DNA of 64,000 nucleotides from Raillietiella orientalis (taxonomy: Eukaryota). Below the pieces are notes generated by a model that was not told the origin of the DNA, made no database searches, and was given only the letters and a program-made list of their open reading frames with translations. The stretch covers positions 4,526,001 through 4,590,000 of the forward strand of contig JAYWIR010000006.1 in NCBI GenBank assembly GCA_036172245.1, written 5' to 3'. Position 1 is the stretch's first letter. The number at the start of each line of letters is the position of its first letter. Position numbers and translations under genes: made by a program. Shown here one piece after another: positions 56,524 to 64,000 of this stretch.

Positions 56524-57300
56524 TTTGTCACTAGGGTGCGCCAGGCCGTTTATTTATAAATAAATAAGCATATATAATCTCTGTGGTTGGAGCGGTAGTC
56601 CAACCACGGCCATTTTAGTTCTAACCTGCCGCGTTACCAGCTCGAGGACTGGTGAGGTCCACCACGGCCGCATAGGGAAGGGACCAAACATCAAGAAAAA
56701 AAAGCAAATTTTGGGGGAGAATGTGTGTGGGAAGGGATCATAGTCTACTGGAGTGTGGTCCTCTGCTTCATTTCGAGGATGCTGGCAAGCTCTTTCTGGG
56801 TGACGTTTCCCAGGTGGGGCCATCTCCTTGCGATCCTCAGGAAGCGGACGGCAAAGTGGACGTCGCACTCCTTCGCTTGGCCCTCCTCTTGCGATGGCAA
56901 CGATCCCTCTTAGACAGCAGAGAGCGGGTAGCGAGGCTGCCGGCCGAAAAACGTTGCGTAGGAGGAAGGGTCACAATGTGTCCCTGGAGTTGCCGCCGGG
57001 GTCTCCTAGGGTCCCGGCCAAGCGTTCCCAGAGAGGCCGGAGGGCAGCACAATCCACAAGCAGGTGAGGGGAGAGATTTCCGCTCCCCGCATCTGGCACA
57101 GTTCTGGGGGTCCACTCACCCCTGTGTCCAGTGATGCATGGGAGACCCTAGTGCAGCAGCGATAATGCAGACTCCCGCCACTTCACGGAGAGTACGTCTG
57201 TACGCTGCAAGATCTGCAGTGGCCCTTAGTGATTCTGGGCAGCACGCCCCCGACTAAGGTATTTAGGGGCAGGGGGTATTTCGCTCTGCTTTCCATATTA
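56524..57300 (-). mobile_element. L1/Tx1-like LINE 3' fragment
   Basis: WRESALSLLH*G...DPQNCARCGERKSLP. Terminal motif at 56524-56554. Confidence 0.7.
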
Positions 57301-57474
57301 TGTCTCCCCCATCCCAAAAAAAAGAAATCCCTCCCTACAGTTCGACGAAGCGTCTGTGGATAAGAGGTGAGCGATGAAATTCCTACTTATGGGTGGTGCA
57401 GGAAAGTCGTGTCTGGGATGCGGGACACCAGTGTTCGACTTGAGCGGGATTCAGTTAAAGGGTTAAACCAGACT

Positions 57475-57610
57475 GGGGATTCGGGTCACGGACTCTTCAA
57501 CTAAGAGCTTTACAAAGAGAAAGACCCTGAAGCGGTGGAGGGGGATTCAGGTCACCGACTCTTCAACTAAGCTTTACAAAGAGAAAGACCGTGGAGCGAT
57601 GGAGGCGGAA
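57475..57610 (+). repeat. Tandem duplication of about 65 bp (2 copies)
   Basis: ggggattc.ggtcac.gactcttcaactaa..gctttacaaagagaaagacc repeated twice. Confidence 0.9.
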
Positions 57611-58569
57611 GGGGGATTGCTCCTGTCTTTTTTCCTTCTGCTTTTTCTTTTCTTCACTCTCTGGGTCTCGAGAAAGATTTTCCTTTTGGCTCTCTTAGGT
57701 CTCGAATCTGGATGGAACTTTTTGCTTCACTTTCCTTTCCACTCGGCATTTTGTTTTTTGTTTTCCTGCGCGTGCCTTTTTTTCCGAAATCAAGTCCTAC
57801 TCCTCCCAGAATCAGCTCAGCCTCTGTGGCCCGCTCTCGCGGACATCTCTGGCTTGAGCAGCTTCCGGAGCATCTCCAGCTCATTCGCCCAAGACGAAAG
57901 CGGGTGCACTCGGCGTCCTGCCAGCGTCCTGAATTCCGCCGGTTTCGCCGGCGAAGGGGTCGCGGCCCCTCCGACAGCGTGAAGGCATCCACTCCAGAAG
58001 TCGCGGTCCGCGAAGGTGAGGCTCGTGAACCGGCGGACGGAGGGAGCCCCACACACACCGGGGAACGAAGGCGGCTCCAGGCGAGACCGCTGGCGGCTGT
58101 CCTCGGCGGCAGGCAGGGCATCCGGTTCACTTGCCTGCCTCCAGGAAGAACCCAAGGTCTTCCCCTCCGCTCATCATGCGCCGGCCTGCCCTCGGGACTG
58201 GACCCCGAAGAGGCTCCCGGAAGGGTGCTCATGGCCGCCGCGGGGGCTAGAGCTGCCACCGCATGGCTGGAAGGCCGTTCGACTCTTCAGGGGCGTCCGA
58301 CGTGTGGCAGCCAACTCCCAAGAACCGGCTCCCCGACCACCGTCCCTCTCCGAGGACACTGGTCCTTGTGTCGCTCCCGGGCTTCGAGCGCGCAGCAGCA
58401 ATGCTCCTCGCTTCGCTTTACTGGACAGTGGCGACCTGGCGGGGAGATTGTTGCTATTGACCTGGAATAATGGAGATACTCCTGGGGTTCTCCCCTTTTC
58501 GGTGCTTCCCTTCCAGCTTCTATCCTTTTTTTTTTGGTTCTCAAGAGGTGCTGAAGAACCACTAGCCTT

Positions 58570-60560
58570 CCCTTGGGGGGGGGGGGGGAGAGGGTCAAGC
58601 GGAGCTGTTTGACACCGTCAACACCACCTGAAGGTGAGTATCACTCTTTAAGCTATGCGTGGGGAGTTGCCCCAATCTATGAATCCAGGAAAGGCTCCGG
58701 AGTCCGTTACTCTCACGCCTCCCAAAGAGAGCAGCGTGTTTCCTGGACACTGCAGAGGTGTCATCGATCCGCCAGCTCCATGGTACAAGATGGAGGGGTT
58801 CCCTCCCCAGGAGGGTAGGACGGCTCCATTTTCTCAATGAGAGGGAAATCCGAAGGAATCGGCGCTCGGTTCCTGGAAGGAACCCTGCCAGTCAACGGGG
58901 TCGTCCGGAATCTTCCACCCGTGCTGCTGCACCCGAAACCAACCGAGGGAACAACCAGGGCCATCCTGCAGGGGAGGGGAGGACTCGAAATGCACGGAAC
59001 ACCTCCCGTTCTCGGTGTCGTTGCTTTCCCTCCTGGGCGTGCGGGATTCGAACCCGCGACGCCCGGTGCCTCCGCTCACAGAGGCTGCAGCCGCACGGGA
59101 GCCAACGCGGACCTTCCAGGCAATGCCGCAGCTCTTCTGACCCTCTGGAGAGACAGCCCCGATGGTGAGCCTCTCCGCCTCAACCAACTTCATGATGCGA
59201 CCCCATTTTCACAGCTGGAGGGAAATTCCAAAGGGAACCGGCCCCTGATTCTTCTGAACAGGTCGAGGCGCATAGAAGCGGGCGTTGCGGTACTCCTTGG
59301 CAGGTACCGACTTCGAATTCCTGGAAGAACCCAGAAGGGTCGACTTCTAATCCCGGCGCCAGATAGACAGGGTCGTCCACGGTCTTCCACTAATGCCACC
59401 GCACCCGCGTGGACCAACCAGCGCCATCTTGCGGAGGGAGCTCACTCGGCGCGGACGACTACGCATCCGTTCAGCTGCCTGCCTACGCGGACAGGCTGTC
59501 TTCGGCTTCGGGCACGCGTTCCGAGGACCCGGGAAACTGCCGCCATCTTCCTCCATTCCTGGAGAAGGCCCGTCCGGAGCTGCGCTGCTCGGAACGGCGG
59601 GTACCCCGTCCGAGATGACCGTGCGATCCTCCCGGAGGACGCGGAGGTGTTTCCCGCCAGACTCAGTCGACGGAAGCAGCAGGAGCGAAAGCGCAAAGAG
59701 CCGGATGAGAGTGCGCCCCCTCCCCGTGCCTCCAGGAAGGGAGCAACCCGTCTCTGCTCACTGCCGGTGCCCCGGAGCGACCCACGAACCGCTACGAGTG
59801 ACCACTCCAAGACCCTCTCCCGGCCTGCGATTGAACTCGGAGCGTGGCCGGCTTCCGGAGGTCTCTTTCGGGCTTCTGGCTGGCGGGCGCCGCTGTCTGC
59901 GCCACCCCAAGAAGAAAAAAGTGAGGTCGGGTCTCGAAGCGCACCTCTGGGTCCTTTGCGGGCCTCGGCAAGCGACCCTCCGCGTCGGCGGCTAGCGGAG
60001 CGCCTGAGTTCTCGCGCTCGCCCGGGTCTTCCAAGGCGGAGCCGGAAAGCCGACAGCGGGGACCTCTGGCGCGCGCCCCACGAGGAAGGTGGGGGAGGTG
60101 GCACGCTGCAGCCACGTCATCCGTAGCTACGCTCGCTTCTTTGCGCCTCGACCTGTTCAGCGGAATCCGAGCGCGCAGCAGCTGGACCAAACGAAGCGGA
60201 AACTACGGACGCGGCTTCACGCTTCCTTCCTGGGAAGAACGGGAAGCGATCCCTGCTTTCGCGCGCGCGTGCTCAGCCGCCGAGGACGTGCGAGATTTCT
60301 TACAGCACCGCCGAGGAACCGCGGCTTGCCTGGATGCCGTGACCGGCTCAGACCGAGAGGGATGCACATCCTCGGTCAGGAAGAGACTTTCCGGTGCGCT
60401 TTGCCGCCGGCCCAAAAGAGACCCTTCCCCCCTCCGCCTCCTGAGGAATTTTTGGAGATGCTCAGAGGCTGTTGTCATGGAGCCTTTCTCCGCATCGGGC
60501 CTCCAGAAACTCACTGGAGTATTTGCTGCCTCCATCAAGACCCTCGCTGAAGACAGCGGC
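58570..60560. repeat. Unclassified GC-rich dispersed repeat, copy 2 (probably two oppositely oriented pieces)
   Basis: Homology with 7715-8830 and 62420-63960. tRNA-like T-arm on the minus strand at 59041-59070. Internal duplication (58820-58885 vs 59200-59340). Confidence 0.6.
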
Positions 60561-61339
60561 TCCAGGTGATCTCGCGCCCGAAACCCTTCTGCACTCATCG
60601 TCGCGACCCTCCTACTAGCCATAACCTGACCACCGTGCCGTCCTCCGGAACGCGTTGGGAACGGCCTGTCTCGGCGGTTGGGCGCAGGCTCCACGCTCGA
60701 GAGCCACTCATCTCCAGGGCCGGCTGCTTTGGCAGATGCGTCGTTGCAGGCACTCCTTGGCGGGTCCCGACTTCAATGGCCACCGTCCTGCAGTCCATAA
60801 CAACCAATACCTTTCATGGGATCTGGCGTACGTTACATAGGGTGCCGCATCTCGTCGGCGTTTTGTTCATCCCGCAGCACCAGTTCTGCTCACCAAAATG
60901 GACTTACTGGGAGCCTGTGGATCCGACAGTCCAAGCTTTCAACCATGCCGGATTTGTCATCCATTTCAAGTTTGATGATAGGTTGAGGTCATGTCGGCCC
61001 CAAGGCTTTGAATCATTAGCTTCACCGGATGAGGATCCATTCTTTCTTCCGCTCCAGCGAGCGCTATCTATCCTGAGGAAAACTTCGGAGGGAACCAGCA
61101 GCTAACCGGATGGTTCGATTTGTCTTTCGCCCCTACACCCAGCTCTTATCGATTGACATCGCCCCACCAGTTTCTTCTTCTGGCTTCGTCCTGACTGAGA
61201 ATAGGTCACTATCTTTCGGGTTACTCTGGGATGTTTGTTAACAAAGAAAAACAAACTGCAAGTGAGAAGGGAAGAAGAGCCTCCCTCGAAAACGAGAAAT
61301 GCCAAAAAAAGTTTATATGGGATGACCACCGGCACGCAG

Positions 61340-61510
61340 ACTGGCTTCTATAAAAGTAGGGAACGGAGGGAGGGGACAATAGATAAATGACAAAAGACGG
61401 GAGGGTGGGGGAAGGGAGTCTTTAGTTAAAGACGTTACTTCTATTCTGAAAGCGACTCAGGATGGTGGCGATCTCCCTTCTTCTGGCAGAGGAGTCCACC
61501 TTGCTGCTGT
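61340..61510 (-). mobile_element. Degenerate LINE 3' UTR fragment (subfamily of 130-745 and 5200-5870)
   Basis: Aligns by eye to 5320-5480 (ggaac.ggagggagggga...ggcgatctc). Confidence 0.55.
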
Positions 61511-61699
61511 CCTCATGAAGGCTGATGCCATGTTGACTCAAAAATGAGAAAGTGAAGTGAAATGAACAGTGGAAAACAAAACCAGTGCAGTTGTTAGTGG
61601 TGAAAATATAGAAAGGACAGAAAAGACAGATAGTTGTTTGTTAAAAGTTCAAAGTTTGTTCCAATAAATTCACTCCACCGCTTGTCGGACCTGGGGACA

Positions 61700-62420
61700 C
61701 TGTTGGTGGTCTCTCTTCGCAACGAAGCTGACACCAACACGTGGATGGGCTGTCACCATGGCGCGGAGATCAAAGCGCCCTTCTTCAGTCCTCTTTCTGT
61801 GAAGAAGCATCTCAGCAAGATCCAAAGCGGGGGGTCCTGCGGTCGATGGAGCGCCGAAGGGAATCGCCCTTACAAGTCCTCCAGGACACTGCAGTCCAAC
61901 AAGAGGTGCAAGAGCAGTTCTATTGTCCCACACCACAAACATTTCTGGGAGGCAGTTCCCCCGGAAACCAGACATCTCTGATTGAACCGGAATCCTGGTG
62001 CAGAAACAAGGCAACATCCCGTTTCCATCGTAGCGGGAAGGTGGAGGTGTCCACACAAAGCGAAGGGACCACGAGTTCTTCGGGGGGCACACCATGCAGG
62101 TCTTGGACATCCCCGACTAGCAGAGTTCAAAGTTGGAGGAGTCGGCACTTCTGCTGTTGCACTGGGGTATCCCGTGCAACGTGCAACGCCAGCCGGTCTC
62201 ACTGGGCGCGGGGGGCTGTGGACCCGAACTGCTGGTGCAGGGAACGGGAATACCAGCTTATGCACCTGCTCGTAGATTGTGTTGCCCTCCGGCTGCTGTG
62301 GTTGCGTTATTCAACGGCCCTTGGTGCACCGACGGAAGATCCCAGGGATGTGACGAAGCTCCTCCTCGTGAGCGATGCCTTTCGCCTGGCGCATCTCCAG
62401 CAGTTCTTTGCTGCTGCAAA
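61700..62420 (+). mobile_element. L1/Tx1-like LINE ORF2 C-terminal fragment
   Basis: ESALLLLHWG...VDPNCWCRERE..LMHLLVDCVALRLLW. Confidence 0.7.
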
Positions 62421-63960
62421 CGCAGGTATGTGGCTGCTGCGGCTTGCTCAGAAGCCCCCGCGCGTAGGCATGGTCTCCGGACATCTGAGATTCCCTCGCC
62501 GAGCGCAGCCCCCACGTTTTCCGGGAATCCTTGCCGCCAGAGGCAGGAGGTGCGTCCTTCTCCGGCCCGGCCACCGGCGAAGGGGGTCGAGAGGGTCTGA
62601 ACGGAGCTAGAGGGATCACCCGAGCGCGATAACCGCGCACTCTCCAGGGATCGGCCCCATCGTTCCGAAACGTCTGGAATGGGCGATACCCGCGTTGGCG
62701 CCCGTGAGGCTGCGGCCTGCTGATGCGGCACCGGGCGTCGCGGGTTCGAATCCCGCCCGGGAGATAAGGGTCGACGCCGAGAAATGGGGGAGGGGGGAAC
62801 AAGGTCGACGCTGTTCGGTCCCTCGGTTGGCTTCGGATATGGCTCTGGTGGAAACCCGGATGCCCCCGTTGACCTCCTGAACTGGAAGCTGACCCTCCGG
62901 GGTTTCTTCCAAGAACCGAGGAGCCTTTCGGGATTGTTCCCCTCTGGTTGTGAGGACGGAATGACCCCTTCCCCTCGCGGGGTCGCCTCTCCAGAGTGTC
63001 AAGAAGCGCGCTGCTCCTTTCGGGGAGCGCCCTTTGTAGTTCGCTTCAGAGGAGGAAGCAGGGAGTCGATCCCTTCCGGGTTCCCTCGGGAGACAACCGG
63101 GACGAGGGTCCCTTCCCAAGCGAGACTTAGAGGAACGGACTCCTTCCTCCGGAGCCCTTCTTGGATCCATAGGATGGTTGGTCCCCCTCCCGGGGTACAC
63201 CCTATCTTGAAGAGTTACCACACGTACCCTCGGATGTCGTGGGACAGCGTCAGAGGCCTTCGTGTGCCCCCAGGCGGTTCTCGAGTACTGGGCGAATCAA
63301 AAAAAAAAAAAAAGTTGGAATAGCATTTTGAGGGTGCTGCAGGGCGCAGCATCTGAGAATTTACAAAAAAAAAATTTGAAAAATAAAAATGAAAAAAAAA
63401 AAGGTTTCGATTTTTGGAGCTCCTTCGCTGATTCGAAACTTTTGAAATCTCCGCGAAGCACGAGAGATCGAGAGGAAAACCCGCTGCGCATCCGGTTTCC
63501 AAGGAACCGCGCGAGCTTGCGCCGTGACCGGGCGAGCTGGCATGGGAATCCCGACGGAAGGCATTCCCGTGTTCCCCCAGCTCGACGCGTACGGCGAGGC
63601 ACTTTGATGAATGCCGCGTTTCCCGAGCGCGGAGCCGTCTTCCCCCTTGGCTTCAGTTTGGCCAGCATGGATCACGCGGTCGGTAGCCTGTTGGTGCTGC
63701 TGCTGGCACGAACGCTCGTGCTGAACCCCGTCAGCAAGAGCGAAGGATCCCTGAAATGCAAGAACCATCAAGGACTGGAGGTGGACTGGTGAGTAGCACA
63801 AGGGATCCGTCTCTCTCCGTGACTGCTCTCTGCTTCCTCCGCCGGTGACCTCTCCGAGCTTTGCTGTCCGGCCCAAAAGGAAAAACGGCAACGAGTGCCT
63901 CCGAGCATTCGTCGTTTCGGTTTTCCTTTGTGTCGGACCAATGAAATCCTGTCTCCCCCC
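62420..63960 (+). repeat. Unclassified GC-rich dispersed repeat, copies 3-4
   Basis: Inverted homology to 58570-59130 and 7715-8830. tRNA-like T-arm at 62727-62756. A-rich tract at 63299-63400 separates two pieces. Confidence 0.6.
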
Positions 63961-64000
63961 CCCCCCCGCTCTTTCCAAACAAACAAAAAATTCTTCCCGA

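Noticed and set aside
57475..57610. CRISPR-like array
   Set aside because: A simple two-copy tandem duplication without unique spacers, in a eukaryotic context with no cas genes.
57599..60694. Long ORFs (252 aa, 429 aa and others) as host genes
   Set aside because: GC-rich repeat DNA with overlapping ORFs in all frames, low-complexity Arg/Pro/Gly content and no recognisable domains. Frames are not conserved between repeat copies.
62690..62765. tRNA gene (also 59030-59110)
   Set aside because: Only the T-arm is intact. No cloverleaf, anticodon arm or acceptor stem.
63190..63300. HDV-like ribozyme suggested by ggggtacac/gtgtgcccc pairing and a ggcgaat motif
   Set aside because: P3/L3 and P2 could not be built in the canonical order, and the motif is not retained in the homologous repeat copies.

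Overview
Eukaryotic (ecdysozoan, arthropod-like) genomic DNA with very short introns (many 40-60 nt). There are three intact host genes, all on the minus strand: a type III classical cadherin (DN-cadherin/CadN-like, 9761-33289), RNA polymerase II subunit RPB2 (39028-44780) and COP9 signalosome subunit 8 (48160-49149). A decayed SENP6/7-like SUMO protease fragment lies just upstream of RPB2. The flanks (1-9.6 kb and 51-64 kb) and the large introns hold decayed transposons: L1/Tx1-like LINE 3' ends, Gypsy and BEL-like remnants, piggyBac, hAT, a pogo/Tigger-like MITE and an unclassified GC-rich repeat with an embedded tRNA-like T-arm. The most interesting structure is the cadherin's splicing system. 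It has three pairs of tandem duplicated, apparently mutually exclusive exons. Two match the Drosophila 7a/7b and 18a/18b pairs. The third (191 nt + 191 nt at 26.5-27.0 kb) is at a position I do not know to be alternative in Drosophila, and no 13a/13b-type pair was found. Candidate regulatory motifs (UGUGUG plus CUAAC repeats, UGCAUG) and exon-flanking complementary sequences surround these pairs. Other notable signals are a 5' AT-rich to 3' GC-rich switch inside two genes, a conserved terminal stem-loop on diverged LINE 3' ends, two GC-AG introns and a pre-miRNA-like hairpin in RPB2 intron 1. All exon boundaries and alignments were read by hand.
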